From positions 417,011-481,010 of the forward strand of contig NZ_OZ244149.1 of NCBI RefSeq assembly GCF_965216145.1: a stretch of 64,000 nt of DNA, written 5' to 3'. How positions within the stretch are numbered: position 1 is the first letter of the stretch; each line of letters starts with the position of its first letter. The translations under genes were made by a program, and so were the position numbers. This document shows positions 1 to 9,027 of the stretch, one piece after another. The notes under the pieces were generated by a model. That model saw only the letters and a list, made by a program, of their open reading frames with translations, did no database searches and was not told where the DNA came from. Origin of the DNA: Candidatus Palauibacter sp. Lineage in GTDB: Bacteria; Gemmatimonadota; Gemmatimonadetes; Palauibacterales; Palauibacteraceae.

Positions 1-2799
1 CCGGTGGGCGTGGCGCTGCACGGCGACGTGGGCGCGTTCACGAAGGACGAACGGGAGCGTCTGCTACGCGCCTTCGGCGAACGCGCCGACGAGATCAGGG
101 TCTGGGACTGGCCCGAGGCGGCGCTCACCTCTCTGGTCGACCGGTACACCCCGGGGATCCTCGCAGCCTATCTCCGGGAAGATGACCGAAGCGAGGGAAC
201 GCAAGAGGTCGCCTATCTGCTGCTCACCGCCTTGTCACGCACTTCCGTCCCCCTGCCCCTGGATACGGGACTGGTCGCGACGGTCCGGGATGGCTCTTGG
301 CGATCTCATGTAAGGAGCATGTCCCTGCGCGCGCTCCTTCGCCGCCGAGAACACGACCCCTCATGCCTCCCAGACCTGATGAGCCTGCTTGACGATCTGC
401 GGGGCGGGCGGGTGAAGGACCGCAATCACGAACTACTGGGACTGCTGCTGTGGTATCTCTATCCAGACCAGATCGGTCCGGGGAGCGTGTGGGACTACCT
501 GCTCCCCGACGACGTGCCGCTCGGTGGCTCCTACGGCTTCTTCTGGCGGAGTCAGCTCGTCGACAAAACGGGAGATGACGCGCCCGCGCTGGTCGACGCA
601 CTCTACGAGCGGGGGACGGGATGGCTCGAGACGGGTCCCTACGACGCGATGTCCCGGGTCGTGCACAAGCTGGTTCAGCGGGCGTTGCGCGTCAGCGGGG
701 ATGTTGCCGACACCGAGCGAGTCCTCAACTGGCTGGAGTTGATCGGTTTCGAGGCGTTCGTGTCGGGACCAAGCTCCGAGGCACTCCGGGCGATTCGCGA
801 ATGGCTCACGGCTCGTCCCGACATGCAGAAGCAACTCGCGCTTAACGGTCTCGGTCGGCATGGCGGACGCGAGAACTACCGCCCTTGGGCGTGGAGCGTC
901 CGATGGGCGGAGTTCGGTGCCGCCGCACCGGGCCAAGGATCTCCGGCGCTGCGGACGGACGCGGAGCAGCTTGCGATGCCGCCGCCCGAGCCCATCGTCA
1001 CGACCGTGCGGGAGGAGGCGGCGGAATACGTAACCGCAGCGGAACGCGAGAAGGCCGACGTCGTTTCAGCGGTGCGCGACCAACGGGGACAGTTGCCAGA
1101 CGGGAAGTGCGCGCCAGCATTGCTTGACCGGCTTGCGTCGGCGTACCACGACACCTTCCACGACCAACCCGGCGCGGATCCCGAGTCCCGCCTGCTGGGG
1201 CTTCTCGATGGAGATCGGGGAATGGTTCGGGCGGCCTTTTCCGGGTTCCGTCGCGTACTCGAGCGGGACGACCTGCCGAGTCTGCGAGAGATCATCAGGC
1301 TCGACGAGGACAATCGGAGGTCGTTCTTCGCGCTTCCTTTGCTCGCGGGGCTCGACCTGCTCGGATCCACGGCGCTCCAAGGTCGGGACGCGGCAACTGT
1401 CCTCCGGGCCATCGGCATCTACTACGTCACGCCCGTCAACCCGAACCAGCTGGCGCACCCGGCGTGGTACGACGCAATCCGTCAGACACACCCGGACCTG
1501 GTCGCCGAAGTCCTGGTCAAGGTCACCCGCTCTCGGATCCGCAGGAAGGAGGACTGCCATTATCTCTGGCGTCTGGCGCGCGACCCGGCCTACCGGAAAG
1601 TGACTCGGATCGCGGCTCCTAAGCTGTGGCGCGGATTCCCCACCAAGTGTACTGAACCGCAGATTCTGGCGCTGCGAGAACTCCTGCGGGCCGGAGTTCG
1701 CTGGGAGGCGGACGGGATCGAGGAGGCCCTGCGACGCCGGATCGATACCGATCTGGACGTGGCGCAGCGCGCATTGTGGCTCTCCGCCGGACTGTTGGTA
1801 TCGCCCGTGGAGTACGCACCGCTCGTCGTCTCTTTCGTGCAGGAAGGAGAGGAAGCGCGCGGACGCCACATCGTGGACTTTCTGGCCCCTGCGGACGACG
1901 GGTATCGGCTGCCGATGCCTTCGGGCACACGCGAGCTGCGATCTCTGATCACCCTCGTCGGACGCCGGTACGAACCGTGGGTCAGCGAGGCCAAGAGATC
2001 GAGCCCCTGGACGGACGGGAGCCGAATGAAGGCGGAGCAGCTCATTCACCGCTGGACACGCAGACTCGCCGCACGCACGGACGATGCGTCCGTCGCCGCC
2101 CTCGAAGCGTTGGTGTCGGACGCCTCGCTCAAACCGTGGCAGACGATGCTACGACGGGCCGGGGACGCGCAGATCGTAGCGCGCCGCAGCGCGACATTCG
2201 CCACCCCCAACCTTGCCGCCGTCCAGAGAAACTTGTCCGGCGGACCGCCCGCGAGCGCCGCCGATCTTACTGCCTTCGTCGCAGTCGCGTTCGAGGAAAT
2301 CGGGGAGCACCTCCGGCATGGAGACACCGACAGGTGGCGGCAATTCTGGGACGAACCGATCAGTTCCGCCGACAAGCAGCCCAAGCACGAGAACTTCTGT
2401 CGAGACCGGCTTCTCGACGCGCTACGACCGAAGCTCCCGCCCGGGGTGGACGCCCGTCGCGAGGGAAACTACGCCGAGGACAGGCGGGCGGACATCCGTG
2501 TTTCGTACGGCGGTTTCGCCATCCCCGTCGAGATCAAGAAGAACCGCTATCGGAAACTCTGGAGCGCGGCGAGCGATCAACTGGTGGCGAAATACGCACG
2601 CGATCCTGAGTCGGACGGATACGGCATCTACCTCGTACTTTGGTTGGAGCGGGAACGTACGCCGGTTCCACCGTCCGGCCCGCGACCCAAGACTCCCGAC
2701 GAGCTTCGGGATCGTCTAGAGACAGGTCTCGCCGACCGTGACCGCGTCAAGGTAAGCGTGGTTGTACTGGACGTCAGCCGCCGTGAAACGGCCAAGTAA
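1..2799 (+). CDS. Large hypothetical protein, 5' partial (>930 aa), with C-terminal PD-(D/E)xK nuclease-like motif
   Basis: ORF track 4..2799; frame is open to the window edge, so the gene probably starts upstream. No P-loop in the visible part. C-terminal segment RREGNYAEDRRADIRVSYGGFAIPVEIKK has the E ... D-hydrophobic ... E-x-K spacing of a restriction-endonuclease-like fold. Confidence 0.6.
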   Translation, partial: PVGVALHGDVGAFTKDERERLLRAFGERADEIRVWDWPEAALTSLVDRYTPGILAAYLREDDRSEGTQEVAYLLLTALSRTSVPLPLDTGLVATVRDGSWRSHVRSMSLRALLRRREHDPSCLPDLMSLLDDLRGGRVKDRNHELLGLLLWYLYPDQIGPGSVWDYLLPDDVPLGGSYGFFWRSQLVDKTGDDAPALVDALYERGTGWLETGPYDAMSRVVHKLVQRALRVSGDVADTERVLNWLELIGFEAFVSGPSSEALRAIREWLTARPDMQKQLALNGLGRHGGRENYRPWAWSVRWAEFGAAAPGQGSPALRTDAEQLAMPPPEPIVTTVREEAAEYVTAAEREKADVVSAVRDQRGQLPDGKCAPALLDRLASAYHDTFHDQPGADPESRLLGLLDGDRGMVRAAFSGFRRVLERDDLPSLREIIRLDEDNRRSFFALPLLAGLDLLGSTALQGRDAATVLRAIGIYYVTPVNPNQLAHPAWYDAIRQTHPDLVAEVLVKVTRSRIRRKEDCHYLWRLARDPAYRKVTRIAAPKLWRGFPTKCTEPQILALRELLRAGVRWEADGIEEALRRRIDTDLDVAQRALWLSAGLLVSPVEYAPLVVSFVQEGEEARGRHIVDFLAPADDGYRLPMPSGTRELRSLITLVGRRYEPWVSEAKRSSPWTDGSRMKAEQLIHRWTRRLAARTDDASVAALEALVSDASLKPWQTMLRRAGDAQIVARRSATFATPNLAAVQRNLSGGPPASAADLTAFVAVAFEEIGEHLRHGDTDRWRQFWDEPISSADKQPKHENFCRDRLLDALRPKLPPGVDARREGNYAEDRRADIRVSYGGFAIPVEIKKNRYRKLWSAASDQLVAKYARDPESDGYGIYLVLWLERERTPVPPSGPRPKTPDELRDRLETGLADRDRVKVSVVVLDVSRRETAK

Positions 2800-2878
2800 G
2801 GAAGGACCGAGAGATGAGGACTCCCGGAGACGAGCGTGAACGAGGCGCGGGACGTGAAGACGAGCATGGAGTCCCGCG

Positions 2879-3889
2879 TTGAGCGGCACCGATCGCCAGT
2901 GTCCGCTGTGTCTTCGGCAATGCGGAGGCGGCGGAGGTGAGTGGGGATATTGGTTTGATTGCGAAACGTGCGGGAAGTTCAGCGTCGAGCAGTACCTCAG
3001 GGCCAGCGACGCGACCAATGGTCTGACGGTTACACAGCGGTCCTGGCTGTCGCACTTCGCGCGGACGAAGTGGGACCTCCACGAGTCGTTGCCGAAGAGG
3101 GTTCCCGGCACCACTCCGGAGCCGACCCCTGCCGTGATCGACCGCAAGCTCGTGGAACAAGCCCGAAACGGAGACTTGGCCGTAACCCGTGCGCAGCAGG
3201 CGGCGAACGCGATCAGGCACATTGGAGATCGAGTCCTCGAGGGAGGAGGCGCCATCACTCTCCGATATGGCTCACCCAAGTTCGCAGCGGTCATCGGTGC
3301 TCCGAACTCCGGTAGTGCGCGGGAACTCATGGGCGAACTCGCCGCGGCGGACAGGGTCAAATGGAATGAACCGCCATACTTCCAAGGCGGCGAGGAACCG
3401 TATGCCAGTGCGGACCTTACGCTCACAGGCTGGGAGCAGTACGAGGAGATGAAGCACGGTTCGCTCGATGGAGGGTACGGATTCTTCGCGTGGCAATTCG
3501 GCGGCACAAGAACCGAGCCCATTTTCAAGGATGTCCTCAAGCCGGTCTTCAGGAAGCGGGGCTATCCGCTACGGGATATGAAGGATCTCTCCCAGCCCGG
3601 CCTGATCGACAACATCATGCAGGACCGGATCCGGGGCGCCTCGTTCGTCATCGTCGACCTGACCGACGGCAACCGCGGGTGCTACTGGGAGGGGGGCTTT
3701 GCACAGGCTCTCGAGAAGCCGGTCGTGTACATCTGCCATCAGGAAGCGTTCCACGACCCGGCCACGAAGCCGCACTTCGACACGAACCATTACACGGTCA
3801 TCTTCTGGGGTGCCGACAAGCCGAACGAGGAATTCGTCGAGGAGCTTATCGCGACGCTGCGGCGGCACCCCGGCGGACTGGATCTTTGA
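2879..3889 (+). CDS. Zinc-ribbon protein with C-terminal nucleoside 2-deoxyribosyltransferase-like (SLOG superfamily) domain
   Basis: N-terminal four-Cys ribbon (CPLC ... CETC). C-terminal FVIVDLTDGNRGCYWEGGFAQALEKPVVYICHQ matches the D..G...E.G.A.a..KPv signature of nucleoside deoxyribosyltransferase-like domains. Alternative (TTG) start per ORF track; 80 nt downstream of the preceding gene on the same strand. Confidence 0.6.
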   Translation: MSGTDRQCPLCLRQCGGGGGEWGYWFDCETCGKFSVEQYLRASDATNGLTVTQRSWLSHFARTKWDLHESLPKRVPGTTPEPTPAVIDRKLVEQARNGDLAVTRAQQAANAIRHIGDRVLEGGGAITLRYGSPKFAAVIGAPNSGSARELMGELAAADRVKWNEPPYFQGGEEPYASADLTLTGWEQYEEMKHGSLDGGYGFFAWQFGGTRTEPIFKDVLKPVFRKRGYPLRDMKDLSQPGLIDNIMQDRIRGASFVIVDLTDGNRGCYWEGGFAQALEKPVVYICHQEAFHDPATKPHFDTNHYTVIFWGADKPNEEFVEELIATLRRHPGGLDL

Positions 3890-4194
3890 CCGGGTTCATC
3901 GCCATGGACTGGTTGAGCGTCGGTCAGCGGACGGATGTGCTCGACTGCGGCGGCAACCGGTACGCGCAATCGACCGGCCAAGTGCGGTTCAACGTGGGGG
4001 TGAAGGCGGACTCGGAAACGGTCACGCGGTAACGGTGAACGCGGCGCTGCGCCGGGAGGAGCTGCTGCGCCCGTTGAGCGCGCCGTGGCTGACGTGTTAC
4101 TCTACCGGTGTGCCGCAAGCGGAGATCGCGGAAGCAGCGGAAAGATGGGTCAATCTGCCGGGTGAACCGATGAACAGAGAAGGGAACGTCACAG

Positions 4195-4419
4195 ATGCGT
4201 AATCCACCAACATCTAGTTACGACATTGTTAGTGGTACATTCGATCTTTCTATCGACGGAAGCACCGTAACCGTAAAGGGCGATATCAGCAGTACCTACA
4301 ACACGGCCCTTATCCCCATAAATGTATCGTTCGATGTGGACAACAACCCTATGGACTATTCACTACGGGAGTTGGGCAAAATGGCCATCGTGCAGCACTT
4401 TCAAAAGAATGAGAGTTGA
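4195..4419 (+). CDS. Small hypothetical protein (74 aa) in an AT-rich patch
   Basis: ORF in a locally AT-rich segment that contrasts with the GC-rich surroundings; no recognisable motif. Could be non-coding. Confidence 0.3.
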   Translation: MRNPPTSSYDIVSGTFDLSIDGSTVTVKGDISSTYNTALIPINVSFDVDNNPMDYSLRELGKMAIVQHFQKNES

Positions 4420-4517
4420 GGTCAATTGAGGTCCAAGCTCCACTAGTTGAAGACAACCACTTACATAGGGTGTGTAAATTGGCGACCCGTCCAAAAAGCC
4501 GGGAACACCTCAGGATT

Positions 4518-5354
4518 CTATCCGAGGCTGTCGCGCAGGATTCTCTCCAATTCGTCAACTACGGCCCGCATGTGCAGCTTGTCTTCCGGGCGCTCTTCAC
4601 TATTGCGTATCGTATCGACGACATTTGACCATGTCTTATGGATTTCGGGCAATCTGAGCATCTTGGGATCCGCATTTAGTGCTACGTGTAGCAGCTCTTC
4701 CGCGCGAGTAAGGTCGAAAGCGTCATACGCATTAATTTTTTTGATACAGGCAAGATGCTCATTGGGGAAGTCCAACATCTGATAAAGATTATCAATATCT
4801 CTTGACAGATAAGCAGTATCCTGAAGAGCGCTTACAACTTGCTCTGCGATGTCCGACATGTTTGACTGGTGTCGGATCGCGATGGCCTCCTCAACGGCGT
4901 TGGCCAAATTGTCCCGAATCCACTCGTACCGTTCTTCGCTACTTCGCCCGGGAGGATCGTAACACTTCACCACACGGGAAAGATCTTCATGTGCGCCGAC
5001 AGCGATCCTGAACGGATTCGGACCCCTTGCGGCCACATGTCCATCCCGGTTTCGCAGGCCGTGGATGCGAATCCCGACGACGCCCATCCCATCCTTCCAG
5101 GACTTCTCAATCTCGTATTCGACCCATGGCCGTCCGGTGGTGTGGGTTCCCACCAAGACCACCGTGCAGGAGCGTGCTCGCATCTGGTCGACGATCCACG
5201 CCCTGATGGCCGGAGCACCCTGACGCGTCAATTCCTCCCAACTGGTATCCGTCGCCGGTCTGTTTCCCTCAACCACGCCGATGTTCCGAACCGTCGCCGC
5301 TCGCCAGCGGTCGGTTTCGTAGTTAAAGCTGTAGAACACCCTTCGCTTTAGCAT
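4518..5354 (-). CDS. TIR-like domain protein (DUF1863 / ThsB-like) with AT-rich C-terminal helical extension
   Basis: Start set at the internal ATG (MLKRRVFYSFNYETDRW...), residue 94 of ORF 4518..5633. N-terminal VFYSFNYETD ... CTVVLVGTHTTGRPWVEYEIEKSW ... GVVGIRIHGL fits the flavodoxin-like TIR/DUF1863 pattern. Confidence 0.65.
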   Translation of the reverse strand: MLKRRVFYSFNYETDRWRAATVRNIGVVEGNRPATDTSWEELTRQGAPAIRAWIVDQMRARSCTVVLVGTHTTGRPWVEYEIEKSWKDGMGVVGIRIHGLRNRDGHVAARGPNPFRIAVGAHEDLSRVVKCYDPPGRSSEERYEWIRDNLANAVEEAIAIRHQSNMSDIAEQVVSALQDTAYLSRDIDNLYQMLDFPNEHLACIKKINAYDAFDLTRAEELLHVALNADPKMLRLPEIHKTWSNVVDTIRNSEERPEDKLHMRAVVDELERILRDSLG

Positions 5355-5454
5355 GCCGTTCCTCCACGGCTCCCATCCACTATCACCGGCGACCGCGGGG
5401 GCGACATCGGTCGGAGGAGCGAGAACGAGATAAGATGCAACTCGGACGCCAGTT

Positions 5455-8190
5455 CTATCGCGCGGGCCGGACGCCTCCCTTGCGGCGCAGACCGTAGCCG
5501 ATCCGGAAGACATCCGGGACATCGACGCGGTCATCCCGGAGGCGACGGAAGATACCCAGGGACTCCAAAGCCTCGCGGAGTTCATCGTGGTCATAATCCA
5601 TATGCGGCAGCGGGAGCCGCCACCCGTCTCCACTACCCGCCTGGGCCAGCTGCTTCAAGACGCGTCGCTCACGCCACAGATGAACGACTTCCTCGAAATC
5701 ACACGGAACAACCCGTCCGGAGAGCGGTTGCATCAGCACCTGCACCCATGGATAATCCTCCTGTAGCTCCCGAACCCGCGTCGTGGACGCCTCCCGCACA
5801 CCGTGCTTGATGCTCTGGTAGTGAAGGGCGTAGCCATGATCCGGATGGCGTTCATGAGAATCTTCCGCCGCTGAGCGCAACGCCGTGAGAAACGAGCGCG
5901 GACTGACCTTGCCCCCGGCGTCGGCGAGGTGGTTTGGGATCCATGTGTACGGGTATCCGCGTCTCCGATCAGTGCCCATCCACGGGCCCGCGAATTCGTG
6001 GAACTTGTCGCGCTGGGCCCCCTCGTCGCGGTCGAGCGGATACGGCACTTCGAAGCGCGGTGCCGTATCGTCATCAGTCGTGGACCAGTGTCCGTCCTGC
6101 AAGCGCGGACGGACGAGGTCACCTCGTGGACCGTTGGCCAGGGAATGCCAAAGCAGGCCGTAGAGATCCCGGCGCGGCCAGCTGAGATCGACAGCCGACG
6201 ACAACACTTTCGAAGCGTCCGGAAAGTCCGTGATCCGCCGCTCGTCCACCTGATCAGTTCTCAGGAAGATCTTCGCGCGCAAGCGGCGATACGGACGCAT
6301 GTCGAGGGCGTGCTCCAGCAATCCTCGAATCAGCTCGGACGCAGTCTGCCAGTCGGAGGCGGCGCGATCCAGAGCGTCAAATAGCACGACGGAATACACA
6401 CCCCTTGAGTCCAGTTCGACATCGATAGTCCGCAGGAGGTCGAGGACGACACTCGGGTCATCGAGGACGTACCTCGCGCGTTCAAGCCACGTATCGAACT
6501 GTCGTATCGGATGGTCGGCACCCGCCACCGCGCACGCATGCACGGTTCGCCAGATGATCCGGGGCTCCACGTTGTTGGCGATTAGTCGACAAAGATCGTC
6601 CCTCACCGGATAATCGCCCGGCACATTGGAGACACCGAATCCCGACTCGACGACTGAATCTTCGTTCAAAGGAAAGCCCCGCACCTCTCGCCCCAGCGAG
6701 CGACGAACCTCGGGACTCTGCAGGGCGCGCCACCAGAATGTCTTGCCTGAGCCGCGCATTCCAGTGACGAGCATCGTGTCGGGGTGCATGGCCTTTCGAT
6801 GCGAAGGCGGGATGTACACGGCCGACGACGGGACGGGCTCGCCGTAGCTCGCCGGATCGGGCAGCTCGCTGAACGCGAGGCGCACGGTCTCGGCCCGGGT
6901 CGGGTCGCCGACTGGCTCGGGGCTTCGGTAGAGCAGGTCGAACCGTCGGAGGAACTCCCTGTACGCTTGGGCCACCGTCGTTCGCTCCAGCTTCCGGAGA
7001 GAAATTCCGGCCGCGAACCCTCGTGTCCAATGGATCACCAGCGGATCATGCTGCCCCTCCTCGGACGACAGGTCAGCCGACACCCCCTCATCCGTTTCCC
7101 CGAGATCCACGATCTCGTCCTGCAGGCGATCCCGAAGGAGGATTCGTGCGTTTTCCCGGAACCGTTCGACGTACCGCTCGGTATCCGTCTCGGGCGTCAA
7201 GGCGGAGACGATCGACAGGCGTTCGCGTATCCGGGATGCCATGTTTGTGCGCGCCCAATGATCGAACAGAATCCCGTAGTCCGTCCAATGGCTGTCGGAG
7301 TCGACGGCGAACAGCATCACCTCCGCGTCCAGATCCGTCACCGTTGCCGCCGCAATATCGTGGAGGCCGCTCCGGCTCTCGATGAGCACGACGGTCGGGC
7401 TGAACTCCGTTTCCAGGTTCACCACCAACCGCTTCAAGCGACTCGTCCAAGGATCGATCGCCGTATCCATGTACGTGCGCCCGAGCTTTGCGAGGTATTC
7501 CCCCGGCTTCCTGCCGTGCGCCGGCGCCACCAGCACACGTCCCGGCAAGTCATGAGCCCAAGAGGGCTTCCCCGTCATCCGGCTCACGACATGATCTCCC
7601 TGTCCGACCAATTCTTCGACGAACCAGTCCGTGACGCCGAACTCCGGCTCGGCCGGGGGTTCCAACATGGCCGACGCCAGCCCGGGCGACTCTAGGTCCA
7701 AATCGATGACAAGCACATCCTCCGCCTGCCGGGCGAGGTGCCACGCCAACACCGCCGCCGTCGTGCTGCGCCCCACCCCACCCTTCACCGAGTATAGGAC
7801 GTAGCGGGCCGGGTGGTGTTCGCTCGACGGGTCCGGGACTGTCCACCATTCTTGGCCGACGACGAGCCGGTCGGCCCAATGAACGCCGGGCCTGATCAAC
7901 TGCGCCGTGTCGCCCAGCGTCTCCAGCAACGCGGGATCTACGAAGAGCACTGTCTTCTGCGGCAGGTGTCCGTGGGCCGCGAGCGCATCCGCCAAGCGAC
8001 TCGCCAAGCGGCTCAGCACTTCGCCGAGTTCGCGATCATCCTGGGCTGCTTCCGATACCGATATGCCGACCTTGCCGAAGAGGTTGCGCACGAGGTATAG
8101 CGGCGGTGCGTCGGCTGGGATCTCCATCCCTTCCAGCACCTCCGATACGAGCCGCCGCACTTGGTCGAACGGAACGAAGGTGTCGCTCAT
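5455..8190 (-). CDS. Dual-NTPase protein: ParA/MinD-like domain with deviant Walker A (KGGVGRST) plus a second P-loop NTPase (GMRGSGKT)
   Basis: Start at internal ATG (MSDTFVPF...), which overlaps the stop of the upstream 140-aa gene (ATGA). YSVKGGVGRSTTAAV followed by DVLVIDLDLESPG is ParA/Soj-like; LVTGMRGSGKTFWWRAL with later VVLFDALD gives a second Walker A/B pair. Confidence 0.7.
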   Translation of the reverse strand: MSDTFVPFDQVRRLVSEVLEGMEIPADAPPLYLVRNLFGKVGISVSEAAQDDRELGEVLSRLASRLADALAAHGHLPQKTVLFVDPALLETLGDTAQLIRPGVHWADRLVVGQEWWTVPDPSSEHHPARYVLYSVKGGVGRSTTAAVLAWHLARQAEDVLVIDLDLESPGLASAMLEPPAEPEFGVTDWFVEELVGQGDHVVSRMTGKPSWAHDLPGRVLVAPAHGRKPGEYLAKLGRTYMDTAIDPWTSRLKRLVVNLETEFSPTVVLIESRSGLHDIAAATVTDLDAEVMLFAVDSDSHWTDYGILFDHWARTNMASRIRERLSIVSALTPETDTERYVERFRENARILLRDRLQDEIVDLGETDEGVSADLSSEEGQHDPLVIHWTRGFAAGISLRKLERTTVAQAYREFLRRFDLLYRSPEPVGDPTRAETVRLAFSELPDPASYGEPVPSSAVYIPPSHRKAMHPDTMLVTGMRGSGKTFWWRALQSPEVRRSLGREVRGFPLNEDSVVESGFGVSNVPGDYPVRDDLCRLIANNVEPRIIWRTVHACAVAGADHPIRQFDTWLERARYVLDDPSVVLDLLRTIDVELDSRGVYSVVLFDALDRAASDWQTASELIRGLLEHALDMRPYRRLRAKIFLRTDQVDERRITDFPDASKVLSSAVDLSWPRRDLYGLLWHSLANGPRGDLVRPRLQDGHWSTTDDDTAPRFEVPYPLDRDEGAQRDKFHEFAGPWMGTDRRRGYPYTWIPNHLADAGGKVSPRSFLTALRSAAEDSHERHPDHGYALHYQSIKHGVREASTTRVRELQEDYPWVQVLMQPLSGRVVPCDFEEVVHLWRERRVLKQLAQAGSGDGWRLPLPHMDYDHDELREALESLGIFRRLRDDRVDVPDVFRIGYGLRRKGGVRPAR

Positions 8191-8609
8191 GGCGTCCCTC
8201 CCTGCGCAGCCCATTGAACCATCAGCCGAACCTCTGACGCCGCCCGACGATGCGGCTCGACGTAGGCCTCATCGAAGTTCCCCCGGCTGGCGTAGCGGTT
8301 ATGGTGCGACCAATCGGAGAACGGTTCCCCGCCCGGAAGCTGCGCAAGCAGCGCGCCCGCGCCTCGCTGCGCCGCGAACTGGTCGAACACGTTCCACAGT
8401 TCCTCGATATGTACGCGATGCGCCCGCTCTTCCGGCGCGCCGTCGGGGCGAACGAGCATACCAAGATTCTGCATGAGCGACTTCAGGCCGCACTCGGCGC
8501 TGAACCCGTACAACTGATCCGCGTTGGCCCAGCGACGCGCGGCCGACAGGTACTCGGCATCTTCCCAGTGTCGCTCGTGCGCGTCCTCGAAGTCCGCCGC
8601 GTAGATCAT
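8187..8609 (-). CDS. Hypothetical protein (140 aa), translationally coupled to the dual-NTPase gene
   Basis: Clean ORF starting MIYAADFEDAHERH; stop overlaps the downstream start. N-terminus resembles the methyltransferase C-terminal tail and the 65-aa orphan ORF. Contains RAHRVH, a weak R-x4-H HEPN-like hint only. Confidence 0.55.
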   Translation of the reverse strand: MIYAADFEDAHERHWEDAEYLSAARRWANADQLYGFSAECGLKSLMQNLGMLVRPDGAPEERAHRVHIEELWNVFDQFAAQRGAGALLAQLPGGEPFSDWSHHNRYASRGNFDEAYVEPHRRAASEVRLMVQWAAQGGTP

Positions 8610-8803
8610 GCTAGCTCATGGCCCCGCGCAGCGCGCGTCGTGTTCAGATCCATCAGACGAGCGAGCACCTCATTGCGCACGTCGCCCGGCGGTCGGGTCA
8701 ATAGGGTGTAAGTGCCATGAGGCGGCGACCTTCCGTGGCGCTCATGAGCGTCCGTGAAGTCAGCCGGATGGATCACGAGTCCCCGGCAAGAATAGATCGG
8801 CAA
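8606..8803 (-). pseudogene. Orphan 65-codon ORF: probable remnant of a gene 3' end, homologous to the methyltransferase C-terminus
   Basis: Translation ...HPADFTDAHERHGRSPPHGTYTLLTRPPGDVRNEVLARLMDLN aligns with the methyltransferase C-terminus ...HETDEDERRRARAPHRYRWPNEVRDEVLARLMALN. Alternative start, no upstream context; lies in the 418-nt gap after the truncated ATPase. Confidence 0.3.
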
Positions 8804-9027
8804 TCCGCATGTTCACCCTCCATGGTCGGCTCGTCGCCGTCTGCGGTGCGGTTTCGGCGGTCATGCATGATACTGTGGCGCTCCAAGTTAGACGCCGGAG
8901 CGGTTTCTTGCTCCACCGCAGCCTCGCACGGCTACTGCGGGACATCGCAAGAGGTCGTGTCGATCGACCCTCTTCCGAGAGCTCCGCGGCGGAACTCCGT
9001 CCGGTGAGCGTCCGTTTCCTAAGGGGG

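Noticed and set aside
224-2609. Numerous antisense or out-of-frame ORFs inside the 1..2799 gene (for example 876..1418 -, 1066..2049 -, 1776..2609 +)
   Set aside because: Arg/Pro/Ala/Gly/Ser-rich low-complexity translations typical of shadow ORFs in GC-rich DNA; the sense frame is the long uninterrupted one.
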